NCBI RefSeq assembly: GCF_006345805.1
Contig: NC_042997.1
Location: forward strand, 60,078,001-60,142,000
Direction: 5' to 3'
Source: Octopus sinensis
Taxonomy: Eukaryota
DNA: 64,000 nt
The stretch's first letter is position 1, and the number at the start of each line of letters is the position of its first letter. The notes under the pieces were generated by a model. The model saw only the letters and a program-made list of their open reading frames with translations, had not been told where the DNA came from and did not search any database. Positions 1 to 13,534 of the stretch are shown one piece after another. Both the position numbers and the translations under genes were made by a program.

Positions 1-80
1 GTATAGATAAATTTCCTCTATTTACATAATATTGAGGTCTCTTTCTTTCTTTAGTTATCTTACCGTTTTACCAATATATT

Positions 81-173
<93 letters not shown>

Positions 174-189
174 TACACACACATTAATT

Positions 190-385
190 TGACGACGGCT
201 GAGGGTTCTGTGATTTCTTGCGGAACAAACACACACGTGCACAAGTGCGACATGTATCAGATGTCGGAGTAATCTCAGAGCAAGGTGAAATGAAGACCTT
301 TGTTCAAGAACAAAACGCGCCACCCTCTCCGGGAAGCTAACTCACGATATAGCGATCAATAGTGCAACGCCCTAGCCACTAGGCC
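190..385 (-). mobile_element. tRNA-derived SINE, degraded
   Basis: Minus strand starts GGCCTAGTGGCTAGGG (A-box-like), then GTGAGTTAGCTTCCC (eroded B-box) and CTTGAACAAAG; similar head to the SINE at 2107. Confidence 0.55.
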
Positions 386-461
386 ATGTGTGTGTGTATG
401 TAGGTATGTATGTATGCGTATATGCACATATTTTGTATGTATGTATGTATGTATGTATGCA

Positions 462-830
462 TGTCATTGTTCGGTTTTATTTCAAGATTTATTGCCATGC
501 CTAGATACTTGTAACATACCTCGTCAGATATAGAGGAAACAATCAAATCATTGATAGATGTTACTAGTCTGCTTTATAGTTTTCCCCCTTTTGACAACCA
601 TATAACCTACCCTACATCCTTTGAGAATGTTGTAACTAGGTCAAGGTTATTTTTCATCTCATCTATATTCTTTGCACAAAGTTTTAAGTCATCCACAAAG
701 AAACAGTGTTTAATTTTGGTTTTTCTGTTTCCTTGTGAATCAATGAGATATCCTTCAGACTTTCTTAACATGAATGACAAAGGATTTACAGAAAGTATAT
801 ACAACATCACAGAGAGGCTGCCTCCTTGGA
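462..830 (-). mobile_element. RLE-type non-LTR retrotransposon fragment (RT core, internally deleted) between (CATA)n tracts
   Basis: Minus frame gives ..KIKHCFFVDDLKLCAKNIDEMKNNLDLVTTFSKDV (RT catalytic DD region) and later YKYLG; both flanks are (CATA)n on the element strand. Confidence 0.8.
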
Positions 831-863
<33 letters not shown>

Positions 864-1330
864 TGTATGTATGTATGTATGTATGTATGTATGTATGTAT
901 GTATGTATGTTTGTATGTATATGGAGAGAGAGAGAGAGAGAGAGAGAGAAATACACATACACACATACATAACTACATACGTGTGTGTGTGCGTGCGTGT
1001 GTGTGTATGTGTGAGTGTGAATCTGTATTTTCCATTGCGCTTCATTGCACCAAATTGCAGGGTATCTGATAATGGTATCTTTGCTAATACTGCTGCCTCC
1101 CTTGTTCCATAAAGTAAGTAGATGAAAGTAAAAGACTTTCATCTGTACGATGTAATATATCACAGGTGAAAAATTCTATCGGATCTGTTATATATTCCCT
1201 ATAACTAGGCAAATGGAAACACGTGGAATTTACTGCATTTTCCATAAATATACCAAACTCTGTCAGTTGATTATAACTGTATCCAGAATATTCTAAGCAA
1301 TTATTTGACAGAGAAATTAGATGAGATTTA

Positions 1331-2040
1331 AGGCGGTAAGCTGGCAGAATTGTTAGCGCACCGAGCAAAATGCATAACGGTATAAGGTGGTGAGCTGGAA
1401 GAAATGTTAGCACGCGAAATGCTTAGCGGTATTTCGTCTGCCGCTACGTTGTGAGATCAAATTCCGCCGAGGTTGACTTTGCCTTTCATTCTTTCGGGGT
1501 CGATTAAATAAGTACCAGTTACGCACTGGGGTCGATATAATCGACTGAATCCGATTGTATGTCCTTGTTTGTCCTCTCTGTGTTTGGCCCTTTGTGGGTA
1601 GTAAAGAAATAGGTATAAGGCGGCGAGCTGGCAAAAACGTTGGCACGCCGGGCGAAATGCCTAGCGGTATTTCGTCTGCCGCTACGTTCTGAGTTCAAAT
1701 TCCACCGGGGTCGAATTTGCCTTTCATCCTTTCGGGGTCGATTAAATAAGTACCATTTACTCACTGGGGTCGATATAATCAACTTAATCCGTTTGTCTGT
1801 CCTTGTTTGTCCCCTCTGTGTAGCCCCTTGTAGGCAGTAAAGAAATTGAAATAAGTATTTCGTCTGCCGCTACGTTCTGAGTTCAAATTCCACCGATGTC
1901 GACTTTGCCTTTCATCCTTTCGGGGTCGATTAAATAAGTATCAGTTACGCTCTGAGGTCGATATAATCGACTTAATCCGTTTGTCTGTCCTTGTTTGTCC
2001 CCTCTGTGTAGCCCCTTGTAGGCAGTAAAGAAATAAGAAA
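1331..2040 (+). mobile_element. Head-to-tail array of one SINE family (1 stub, 2 near full-length, 1 5'-truncated)
   Basis: Repeated GGCGGCGAGCTGGC...GAGTTCAAATTCC...CTTTCATCCTTTCGGGGTCGAT...CAGTAAAGAAAT units starting at about 1331, 1386, 1618 and 1854. Confidence 0.85.
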
Positions 2041-2106
2041 TTAGATGAGATATTTATTTTTCTTATTTCTTTTTGTTTCAGATAAATTCTGTCTGTGATC
2101 TTTAGT

Positions 2107-2390
2107 GAAGGTGCGTGGGCTTAGTGGTTAGGGTATTTGGCTCGTGAGTTCGATTCCCGGCAGCGCAACGCGACCTTGATCAAGACGTTTTTTCACATTG
2201 CTCCAGTCCACTCAACTGACAAAAGTGAGTAGTACCTGTATTTCAAAGGCCAACCTTGCCACATTCTGTGTCACGGTGAACTACATTAAGAGTACTCTTG
2301 TTTGTGGAGTGCTCAGCCACAATAATCTCACTGTTCCGTTGAGTGGATCAACTGGATGGACCTCAAGTCGTCGTAACCGACGGAGTGCCA
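2107..2390 (+). mobile_element. tRNA-derived SINE (second family)
   Basis: A-box-like GGCTTAGTGGTTAGG, B-box GAGTTCGATTCC, body ending GTCGTAACCGACGGAGTGCCA. Confidence 0.75.
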
Positions 2391-2876
2391 ATTCTTGTTT
2401 GTGATCTTTAATTAAATAATCATCTTTTTCAGGATATTTAAAAGTAATGATGAGATATTTTTAGATTATAGTTTATAATTATCGGATCATAATATTTCAT
2501 TATCCATGTTAGCAGCTGGTGGAATTTGTTTCAAGGAAGCGTATTACTTTATCTAAAGGTACTAAAATAAATCATTATAGGTTAATTTATCTTTTAATGG
2601 TTGTCATGAAATGTGCAGTAGCATATATCTCCTCATGTTTCATATTATCTTTCCAGTGATTGAAATTTCCGCTATGCTCAGGGGATCTAAATTCATTTAC
2701 GAAGGGAACAATCTCGCAAATTTAATACGCCCGAAACTTAACTTATTGCTCATTACAAGTTTGATTCTGATATTATTTCATTTTTGCATAATTTTCTCAA
2801 AAAAAAGAAAGAAAAAACTATAATAACGTAACTCCATTTTATGTTTGAAGTGCATCGTAACGCTTAATAATTTTAA

Positions 2877-3010
2877 ACGAGGGCTATTAAAAGTGAATAC
2901 CTAGGGGGCCAGAGAACACCTGGCATAGTAGAGTTGAAGGTGAACTGAGAGAAATGCACTATACAAAGTGTAAGCCAACACCGTCGAAGCCCCTTTTTAT
3001 ATAGCTGGGA
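2877..3010 (-). mobile_element. Mariner-like element terminus (remnant)
   Basis: ACGAGGGCTATTAAAAGTG resembles a Tc1/mariner CGAGGG-type TIR; only one end is recognisable. Confidence 0.4.
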
Positions 3011-3184
3011 AGAAAGTGTATACGCACACGCGTGCGCGTATACACACACACATATGTATGTATGAATGTATGTATGTATGTATGTATGTATGTATGTATG
3101 TATGTATACACACTCTCACATACATATATATATATACATGTATATACATAATACATACATACAAACATGCATACATACATAAAT

Positions 3185-3627
3185 ACATAAAAAAAGATGG
3201 GTTACAGTAAATATTCTGCTCAATACCACAAATTTGCCAGCCAGTTGCGTGACCACAGCCTGTTGAATATGTATGTTTCTTGGCGGCTGACGATATGTGC
3301 ATCTCCGATCACCAGCAGGAGTAGTGGGGGAGCACTATAGCCACGTGTTGAGAGGAATTCGTTGTAGTTTGAATAATGCACCTCCAGAAACATTGATGTT
3401 TCGTTCATCATCCTTAAACAAACCTTATTCGGGAACATTTTGAGCGGAATGGGCTACTCGACCTGGAGAAAATTCTAACTGGATCCCACCTGCAAGGTTA
3501 TGCGCTGTTTATCTTGATATGGGGTCACAATGTCGCGCATATATTATTGTGATGCATGTACCTTATCAGACGGGTAGTTACGATAGGTATATTGGGCTTC
3601 GTGTATTTGTAACCCAGTGTCACTCAT
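3185..3627 (+). mobile_element. Diverged copy of the ~540-bp non-coding retroposon family (see 22385-22927)
   Basis: Colinear with 22470-22910 (AAAAGATGGG.TACAG...CCCAGTGTCACT). Confidence 0.8.
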
Positions 3628-3639
3628 ACATACGTACAT

Positions 3640-3691
<52 letters not shown>

Positions 3692-4019
3692 GCACGCACG
3701 CACAGACACATAAGCGCACATACATACACACGCACTCCTGCACACATATATACCAAAATAGGATCAAATGTCTTTCTAATACGGATAGATTTCCGGATTC
3801 TGTGGCGTAGATATTCCTCCACTGGACGGTTGGTCGCAGGAGTACATATTTTTTGTTAGCTGAGTGGACTGGAGAAGCGCAAAATGGTTCAGCATCATGA
3901 TATTGTTAGGTCTTCAGGAATCTTGTCATCAGGGGTGGTGTTATTATATTTTTTCTTTTGACTGTAGAACAGTGCAGTGAATTATTGAACAATAAAGTAA
4001 ATGAAGTAAATGAACGTGA

Positions 4020-4124
4020 ACTGAAAGTGATTTTGGTCAAAACACGACGCATCCCCCGGTGCAGGAATCGCAGTCACAATTTTATGATCGTGAGTTCAAC
4101 AACTGACTACTAAGCCACGCACCT
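4020..4124 (-). mobile_element. tRNA-SINE 5' head
   Basis: Minus strand GGTGCGTGGCTTAGTAGT...GCGATTCC matches the head of the 2107 family. Confidence 0.55.
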
Positions 4125-4513
4125 ACACACACACACACACAACACGCACGCTCGCACACACACACACACACACAACACGCACGCTCGCACACACACACAC
4201 ACACACACATGTATACACATAATATTTTTACAGAAACTGCAGCGAAGACTTTATCTCGCCTCTTGTGTTTCACACAACTGCTATCTTCAGACAAAACTCA
4301 AGATTGAAGTGGCGACGAAGGACAATCATCCTGAAACACGTGTCCCTAGATGTAGCCCGGGCGGCTGGGGGTATTTGTCTCCCCTTCGTAAATGTATATA
4401 AGGACACAGGAAAATGTGTCAAAGCCATCAGGAGGCGTCGATACTTCCTAGGGCTAAACAGCGGTGGTGTACCCCACTACTGTCACGTTCGTGTTAGATT
4501 GACAGTATACAAC

Positions 4514-4558
<45 letters not shown>

Positions 4559-4794
4559 TATAAGCATATACATATACATTCATACACACACACACATATA
4601 TATGTATATAGATAGACAGACCTAAATAAAATTAAACCTATTAGTTTTTAAATTAAAGACAGGACACATCATACCTACCTTTACAAATTCAGTGTCTAAA
4701 TGTAGCCATAAATTGCCGTCTACAAAACTACAAGAGCGGATACATTTTAAAGGATCAACTTCATTTGCTTACTTCATTGTTTAATAATTTACAG

Positions 4795-4946
4795 CACTGT
4801 TCAACAATGAAAAGCAAAAATATATTGCCACTTCTGATGATAGTATTCCTGAAAACCTAACAGTATCACGATACCCAAGCCATTTAGATGAAATGATTAA
4901 ACAAACTATGATAAAGATAGATGATAAAGCTCGCAAATTTAATTGA
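4795..4946 (+). CDS. Possible terminal coding exon, product unidentified
   Basis: TTTACAG acceptor, then open frame LFNNEKQKYIATSDDSIPENLTVSRYPSHLDEMIKQTMIKIDDKARKFN*; no family recognised. Confidence 0.2.
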
Positions 4947-5615
4947 CTCGTCTGCTTTAGCTATAATCCGCTCATACTTTGTATTATCTTCACAGTAACT
5001 GAAATTTCCGCTCTGCACAAAAGTTTAGTGATAATGATATTCTTATGATTCTTTTGTTAGCAACAAAGATGAGGAATAAAGTATAAGCCTTGAAATTTTC
5101 ATTTATTGGAAATGATGCATGGTAAACTGGTTTGTAGGTAGGCACAGTCACACAAATGACAGACTGACAAAGAAATTTACCACACTGCATCATTTAGCAC
5201 TCGACATACCTACACATACATATCCACACACATACACGCATATCTACGTTTATTCAGAATACAATATAGTACGAAATATTATGTAATGTTACAGTAACAT
5301 TTGGTCTAAAAATAACAACTTCTCAAGTTTCTACCAACTCTCGAGGTGGAGACAAAATAACTAATGCAATTTATTTTACGTGCAAATTGTATTAGCATCG
5401 CTATTTCTCTGAGATGTAAGTGAAGAATGGAGTAGCTGGTATTACATTTATTCCATGGTTTACAATCGTTTCAACAACGTGTGGTGGCAAATCAAATATC
5501 TCGTTTGAAGACATGGATGAGAACAATGACATAGTCATGTCCATTATATAATGCATATTGCATAATGGCCTCCAGTGTTATTTAGCCATAACCGAGCAAA
5601 CTAATTATTATTATT

Positions 5616-8050
5616 GTTTTACTTATCAGAGCGCTCGATCTTGTTTGCTCTAGTAGCTTCTGTGAGAACGGACAGCATCCTGCTGTCAGACGTCTCACAG
5701 GGTCTCTTTCCACACATTATAAGCTTTGTGTCTTGGGTATGTGCTGTGATTTATTGTGGTGCTCATATTTTCTCTGTATTGAAAGTGGTTTACATAGGAT
5801 GTATGTTGTAGTGCTGTGTGCCCAGTAGTGCTATTTTCTGTATGTTATATATACTTGTAAGTCCTGGTGATTTTTCTATGTATTTGTCTGAATGTCTTTA
5901 ATTATCATACCTAATGCGTCTACATATAATATGAATTATTTCTATTTTTAGGCTCCTCATTCGAGATACCTCTATTTCCAGATCTTTGTGTTTTGAAAGT
6001 TTCTCCGTTTCTTTTAGAGAAACATTGCCATCCAGTTCTGTTTAACATGTCAGATAAAAATGTCAGTGCCTAGCAGAAAAGGAGTGGAGAGAGCGTGTCT
6101 CTCTGGACCATTCCTCTTCTAATAGGGATGGCTTTGGTTTTTTATGATTCCTTCTTTTGTCTGGAGCAACGACACTGTCTGCTATTTATTCATGGAATGT
6201 TTTATATATTTTATGATTATTGGTGCTACCTTATTCATGGCTAGTGTTTCTAGGATCTATGTGTTAGGAATACTATCAAAAGCCTTTCGATAATCGATTC
6301 AAGCCATACTTTGACCCTTCTTCTTTCTGCGGTTGCCTTCAGTTATGGCTTTATTGATCAGCAGCCGATCTTTACAACTGTATGAGCCCTTGCAGCATAT
6401 CTTCTGCTCTTCTGGGAACAGGTTGTTTTCTTCATTTGCCCAGTCTCAGCGATATTATTGCAGTAAAGGTTTTGTAAATTGTAGGGAAACAAGTTATCGG
6501 TCTGTAATTTTGTGGGCTTGCCGTTTCAGAGGATTTGGGAATTAGGATGGTTTTCCCTTCCGTGAGTTTAAAAGGCATTGCCTCTGGCTTTGCTAGTATT
6601 TCATTAAATTTCTTAGCCAGCGTTTTATGTATTTCTGTTAGATATTTTAACCAGAAGTTGGGATCATGTCGAGCCCGGGTGCCTTCCAGTTGCTTAGTTT
6701 TTGCAGTGCCTTGGTGATTTCTTCAGTTGTTATAGGAATCCAGACTTTTTCAGGTGCTGAGTTTGCTGTTTTGATAGATCTTTTCTAAGGTTGTTCCTTC
6801 ACCGACCATATTTCTTTCCAAAATTCTTCACTTCTGTTGTTGGTGCTACATTGATCTCTATTTTATTTTTGCCAAGTTCTTGGTAGAATCTTTTGGAGTT
6901 GGAGTTGAACAGTTTGTTTTGTTCAAAGAAACTTTGGCGTTTCTCATGCAAGAGGATTCTTTGTGCTTTGGCGAAAACATCTTGCTTTAGCTGTTCTTTT
7001 ATCTCAGGTATGCCTTGTTCTGTAATTTTGTCTTTACGTAATATTTTTCTTCTCTTCTTATTGCTTAGTAGTGTTGATTGTCTACTAGTTTCATTAAGGA
7101 TTGGCAGATCCTTTATTTTATTTTCAAATTTTTTTCTGGATATTATTTATCCACAGGGTTTGTTTGGGTGGTGATACTCCTGTTTGGATGGGTTTTAGGG
7201 AATATCCAGCTTCTTTTGTGGCCGCAGGTGCTGCTGCATATATTTCTATGGCTATTAGTTCTGTAACGGCCAGGTTCATGTTATTTATTATTGATATCGT
7301 TTTATTATCAATTTAAATGTTTGGAAGGCACAATCGGTGGTCCATATTGAGATCTGTGGCTTTCAATTCTTTGATTATACTCATTTTAGAATAACATAAT
7401 CATTAGTTTCCCCTTCACTGTTTCCAGGTTTTATATTTGGCATTTTGCTCATCATTATACATTCCTACGGTGTGGGTTTGTTGTCTTTCGTTGTTTACTT
7501 CGTTTTTGTTGGACATGTTACGTCTGCTTTTGTATTTTACAGTCCCAGTGCTTATTATATTATTTGACTTTGCTGTTTGGTTACTATCTACGTTTTCCTG
7601 AGGTATTTTTCCTTTTAAGTGTTCTATTTCTACTTCTGATACTTTATTTTTGTTTTGAGAATATATCCCCGTATGTTAGTTTATTAGGGTTCGTTGCTGT
7701 ATCCAAATCATTATCTAGGTTATTCTTCTTCCAAATTTTATAGGTATATAATGTTGTGTTTTCGTTCTGTGGGTAGAGCACTGCTGTAAAATAAGCGTGT
7801 AAGACTGAAATATATTCCTCACATGTCCATGTATGCATTTTTGATTTTATTTGCGGGACATGAGGGATAACGTCCGGTCCTTTATTTTGATGGTCATCAC
7901 TTTCGTAGGGTACCGGTCCGTTCATTTCTGGCGTTAAATAGTTTTGCAGGTGTAGTTTTTCGTGCTTTTTGTGTAACAAGTTTAAAGTACGCATTTTCCT
8001 CTTGTTATCCTTGGGTTGAATAAAAAGGGTATCATTTAATTTATTTTTCC
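5616..8050 (-). mobile_element. Old R4/Dong-like RLE LINE with N-terminal region, partial RT, large internal deletion and 3' end
   Basis: N-terminal WTCEEYISVLHAY..P...Y.IW motif (7644-7994 ORF); RT segment AFDSIP..APIIIK at ~6040-6330; 3' end colinear with 20985-21260; ends at (AAT)n on the element strand at ~5603-5615. Confidence 0.85.
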
Positions 8051-8416
8051 ATTTTTTTTTTGTGTATGGTCATTGGGGACGGAGACGGTCTGATGTTGAT
8101 TGGACCGTAATGTGACGAGCATATTTACACGTGTTGTGTAAGTGATGGAGATGATACACAGTTAAAATACACTATTTCGTTTGGAAAATAGAAATAAGTT
8201 TTAATGAGTATCACTCGGATATAGTCCAACACTTTTAATGAATATTACGTGGTCAGATATAATTCAACACTTTGTCAGTGTTGTGAACGTATTTACACAC
8301 GTTGTGCGTGCGATAGTGATGATACACAGTTAAAATACATCATTTCATTTTGAAAATAGAAATAATTTTAATGATTATCCTCCTCCTCCTCCTCCTCCTC
8401 CTCCTCATCATCATCA

Positions 8417-8467
<51 letters not shown>

Positions 8468-8470
<3 letters not shown>

Positions 8471-8690
8471 GAAAACTCACCGCTTATTTTGCTGGGTATG
8501 ATGGAAAGTGTCAGCTATCCACAGCCAGCAGACTAAGGTGACATTTGTTTACTGGTCATGTTTCAAGAACCCTGCGAAGAATTTTTGCAGTTCCAAGCAA
8601 TACTGATTTTTGTAGGTGTTCTACCTTCACACACTTACACCAATCTTTTTCAGCCATTTTGGTAGTTGAGTGCTGATACCTCCAAGTGCA

Positions 8691-8692
<2 letters not shown>
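8468..8692 (-). mobile_element. 5'-truncated 3' end of another RLE LINE family inside (AAT)n
   Basis: Minus frame ALGGISTQLPKWLKKIGVSVKVEHLQKSVLLGTAKILRRVLET*, then short UTR; trinucleotide arrays on both sides. Confidence 0.85.
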
Positions 8693-8760
<68 letters not shown>

Positions 8761-8777
8761 TATTATTATCATTATTA

Positions 8778-8845
<68 letters not shown>

Positions 8846-11800
8846 TATACATAATATTTGATTTGACACCACACGTTGTTGAAATGATTTTAAATGATAG
8901 AATAAATGTAACGCCAGCTACCCTATTCTTCACTTATTTTATGCTTTATAATGAAAGAAAAGCTACTGGCTATTTTGCTTGTCTGAAACCTTTGTTTCTG
9001 CCCCAAAAAATTTCCTTTCATAGAAATTCAGGGCTACCTGAAGTAAACGTCTGGGTTATCTTATCCCCTCCCACTTCCTACACACATATTTATGAATCTA
9101 GTTATCCAAGTGGCTGCATATTCATTTGGAAATATCTTAAATATATTTAATCAAGTATCCGAATTAGCAGAGAAATACAATTATTATAGTACTTTCATTG
9201 AAAAAGGAAAAGAAAATGAAATAGAAGTGTAATCATAATACTTGAGAACAATAAAAGTGAAGGAGGAATAAACGAAGTAGGCGGACACATTGTAAGTATA
9301 ATAACAGTATTGTTATGACATCTAACAGATGTAGCTGTCGACTTTCGCTGGTCATTGCACACCATATAATAAATACATTTAGTGTTGGCTCAGTTTCTTT
9401 TGACTTCACTTATAACTCTGAATTAATAATAGGTTAGACTTACTATTCAAATAAGTAGAAAGCGTCAACTAGTCTGAGTTCGTTCTAGTTTTTTTCCATC
9501 TCTTTGTGTTTCCCTATTGATTTACAGCCATATCGGTGAAACGACTATTAGGCGATGAAATTTGATCTTCATTACATACTTTTTAGTGTGATGGCCTAAA
9601 CAGCTTACGGTATTTAGTCTCACCCGTTACATTATGCGTTCAAATATTTATAAGTTTGGTTTTTATCAGTCTGTGATCAATTTAATAAACATCAGTAATA
9701 AACTATGTTTATTCAGGAGGCTATATGTCTTTACACATTAATGTCCTATGGTCAAAGTGAGAAAAACTTCGTTATAGATTTGAATTGAATTACAAAACCA
9801 AATGCAAAAGTTTTGCAACTTCATTATACTTCATGTCGCTCCGAGACAGGGAATTGATAGCAGTCATCTGAATATTTTATCCTCTTCAAGGGGACAATAA
9901 ATTACTTAGTAAACACTCATCTATGACTACCAGGGTACTTAGCAAACATTCTACTTCATAAACTAGAATTAAACCACGTATCTTGATCATATCAAATAAG
10001 AGGTTAATTAACATGGGTCTAAGTTTATGAATGAACTGCGACAGTGAAATGAAGGTAGTATTACGTTGCTAATGCTCTTTGGAAAATGCACGAACCTTAT
10101 AACATCCCCTTTCTCTTCCTCTTTGTTGAAATATAAGACTCCCTGTGCTCTTAAACCGTATCCAGATTTAGCTTCACCACCTGGTCCCATAGTGAAGCAT
10201 AATGGAGTATAATTGTGGAGTATAATTCTGTGGAATATAATTTGTTGCAACTATTGAGGTCAGGTTTCTAGTTTTTCTCACTTTCTCTCACCAGTCTTAA
10301 AGACCACATAAAAGTCATGCGTATGCCATTCTTTCTTCGATTAAACCATGAAATAAAACTAACATTATACTCTGATTCTACAAGATCCTTTCACTATATT
10401 TTTGATTGCAAATAATTTAAATTCAGAAAACAAGTTTTGTGCGTGTCTGATCTGATTCTGATTTGTAATTGAGGTGAGTAACCCTGCTTTCAAGAGATAT
10501 CATTATTCTCAGTACTAATGTGCAATGTGGGCTTGCAACACCAAGCCGGGTTCTAACATGAAGAAGAACTTGTATCTGAGATAAGAGATGTTATTTATCT
10601 TAATTGATTCACTACTTTACCAATTCACAGCAAAATAAACTACAGGAAGAAGACAGGAAGACGTCAAGCGAAAGAAAAATGTGACTAATCTAACCTGCAA
10701 ATGTGACACTTCATTATTTTTATGTCGCCATGTCATCCATATCAAGATCTTAATAAAAAGAAAAGCAGAGCATATTCTCGAGTTTTTCGTGAGTAGGAAG
10801 TTAGTAAAGACTTTAATGCTGAAACGAAAACATTGTTTTAGTAACGCCGAGAGACAGCATAAAGATAAGTGGAAGAGATTTCATTCATTAATTTATTTCC
10901 ACTCAAGTTCTAAGTAGTGGTGTCCTATAACATAAAGGTCTTGGAAGTTTGAGATTTTGAAGCTCCATTGAAGATTTCGCGTCCATGATATAATTCAAGA
11001 ATACGCTGACGTCTTTTTCCTTTAAATTCTTCTTTAATGAGGAATTAAGCTTAGAAAAACAAGATAACAAAATACTTCCTAATTATGCACTCTACCCATA
11101 ACTTACGTCACTGTACAATCTATCTATAGAAAGTCGGCGACAGACCAGGATTCGAAGTACGAACACTTTTGTTTACTAGGATAACACTGACTTTGATTTT
11201 GGCCATTATTAACACTTGAGAATTAGAATCTCATTCATTCTGACAATGGTTTTTCTAAATGTACTGATATAAGACTTCACACAATAAATTCTATGTATAT
11301 TGATAATATACAGTTAAGCCAGAGCACTGTCAAAAACATTAGAGAGTCAGAAAAAAATAGCATGCGACATTTGTACTGTCCCTTTTCATTCTGAGTTCAG
11401 ACTTCGATTTAAAAAAAAAACACCAGTCAAGTACTTAGCCATTATCAACATATCTGGCCTTATGCCTGTATTAGAAATTATTAAGACAGAAACCGTTGAC
11501 AACATACAGCACCTATTTTAACAACAGGATTTTCATCGTCGGGAATTTATATAAATACTAAGAACAGAAGAGAATATATTCTGTAATGAATTAATTGTAA
11601 TATTTTAGAAGACAGTTGTAACTGAATTAATGGGATACCATTATTATTCTAGAAAATTTTACAATATAATTAATTTAAAGCTACTATATTCACAGAATTT
11701 ACTCTACCTAGTTCCGAATATCTAAAATTTACATATCTAAATGGGTTTTTGTGATTAATGGTGAAATGTGCAGTAATACTGGCTAATTAACACAAATTTT

Positions 11801-11964
11801 GTTAGCCTACAAAACTGACCAGCACACTCGCATATTTATATATATACACACGTACGTGCATGCACACTTGCGTCTATACATACATACATACATACATACA
11901 TATTCATTCATAAATATAAATATATGTGTATATATATATATGTGTATTTGTATGTATGCATATG

Positions 11965-12001
<37 letters not shown>

Positions 12002-12603
12002 ATGTGTGTGTACACAAATACACACACACACATAACCAGATCGAGTTCACACTTCATGCAGAGTATTAATTATGTTTAAGGGAGATAATTTTTCTAGAAT
12101 GTGATTTTATACGTTATTGTTCACGTTAATTTTTCCGTGTTCCGCATCTAATTTATGACGCAAAGCGATAAATGTGATCCAAGAAGTGGATCCGTCGTAA
12201 GTTTTCAACCAAAAGTTCTGCATTTGTTTTTACATATCGCATTTAAACCTTATTACATAGTCTGTTTCTCTTCATAATCAGCACAACACTCGCCAATTGC
12301 AACCACCTTTTAAAGAAAAAAAAAACAGTCAAATTAAATGTCTGTACTAGGAAACGAATCAGTGCAGATGACGTGAGTCACTTATAAGTTACCACCAATC
12401 TACTTCACTCGTCATACAACCAGAATTAACGACTTCTCTTGCTAACTGATTCCGAGAGATATTGTTTGAATCTATCGGACGGTATATATAGCCTTTCAAT
12501 TATCGATCCCGGAGAGATGAAAATTAAAGTTAATCGCTTTAGAACTCGAAATTTTCATAATGATGGGAAATACAAAGGGAATACGCACACACGCTCATAT
12601 ATA

Positions 12604-12810
12604 CGAGGGGAAGTCAAAAATTATTCGCATTTCGCCATAACCTATCGCACTGTCTTCTGCGTATGTGTGCTTATAGTTGGTACTTTTATGGTCACGAGAT
12701 CGAAGTTAGAGCCTGATCACACCATTTTTCTTTCTGGCTTTACAGTGTAAGCATGGTCGTTCCACTAGCAATGTGCATCGAAGAATAACAAAGAGCAGTG
12801 ATCCGAGAAA
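12604..12810 (+). mobile_element. Mariner 5' remnant
   Basis: TA|CGAGGGG terminus; decayed transposase start MVVPLAMCIEE*QRAVIR. Confidence 0.55.
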
Positions 12811-12889
12811 TGGTAACGATGAACCGGTTCACCATTACCATCTCTCAAGCTTGCTGAATCATCTCGTCAGTGGTGGAACTTGACGGGCA

Positions 12890-13325
12890 TCCTGATCCCT
12901 CTTCGTGCGTCACCCTTCCCACATCCACGACACAAACCCTGCTCTCCGTCCGTTTAACTCTTTCTTCTTCCCTTCTGGCACCTCTCAACTTCTGTTCCCT
13001 CTTGACATCAAAAGTTTATATACAGTGATCCTACACAACGAAAGACTTCTTGCGCTTAAACACATTCTAGACCTTCGGCCTGAACATCAACCTGACATTT
13101 CCGCACTTCATCGTCTGGCTGAGCATGTTCTCTCTCTCAACTGCTTCTCGTTCGCGGGGGAATTTTACCACACTGACGCACACTCCTACCTTACAAACTG
13201 ACGAACATTCCTACCTTAACTTCTTCTCTTGCACTACCCACACCAAGCTCTGCATCCCCTACTCCCAATTCCTCCGTCTGTGCAGGCTCTGTAATGATGA
13301 CCATGACTTTGGGACTCGGTATCAA
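12890..13325 (+). mobile_element. Penelope-like element RT fragment (Neptune-like), internally deleted
   Basis: PSHIHDT...LDIKSLYT...RLAEHVLSLNCFSF, then TDAHSYL and IPYSQFLRLCRLC: PLE RT and thumb motifs. Confidence 0.8.
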
Positions 13326-13369
13326 CTCAGCTATATCTATATCTATATTTATATCTATCTATCTATCTA

Positions 13370-13433
<64 letters not shown>

Positions 13434-13446
13434 TATATATATAATA

Positions 13447-13532
<86 letters not shown>

Positions 13533-13534
<2 letters not shown>

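Noticed and set aside
2107-2165. tRNA gene
   Set aside because: A/B boxes continue into SINE body; no cloverleaf acceptor stem.
9528-9566. Short acceptor-plus-ORF segments here and near 10291, 17288, 28640 and 40847 as host exons
   Set aside because: Too short, no recognisable peptide; expected by chance in 64 kb of AT-rich DNA.
10008-10250. 80-aa minus ORF as a transposase fragment
   Set aside because: Only a vague IRFVHFP resemblance to DDE motifs; no other catalytic motifs or TIRs.
12810-12880. Minus-strand CTGACGAG...GAACCGGTTC as a hammerhead
   Set aside because: GAAA incomplete; stems I and II do not pair.
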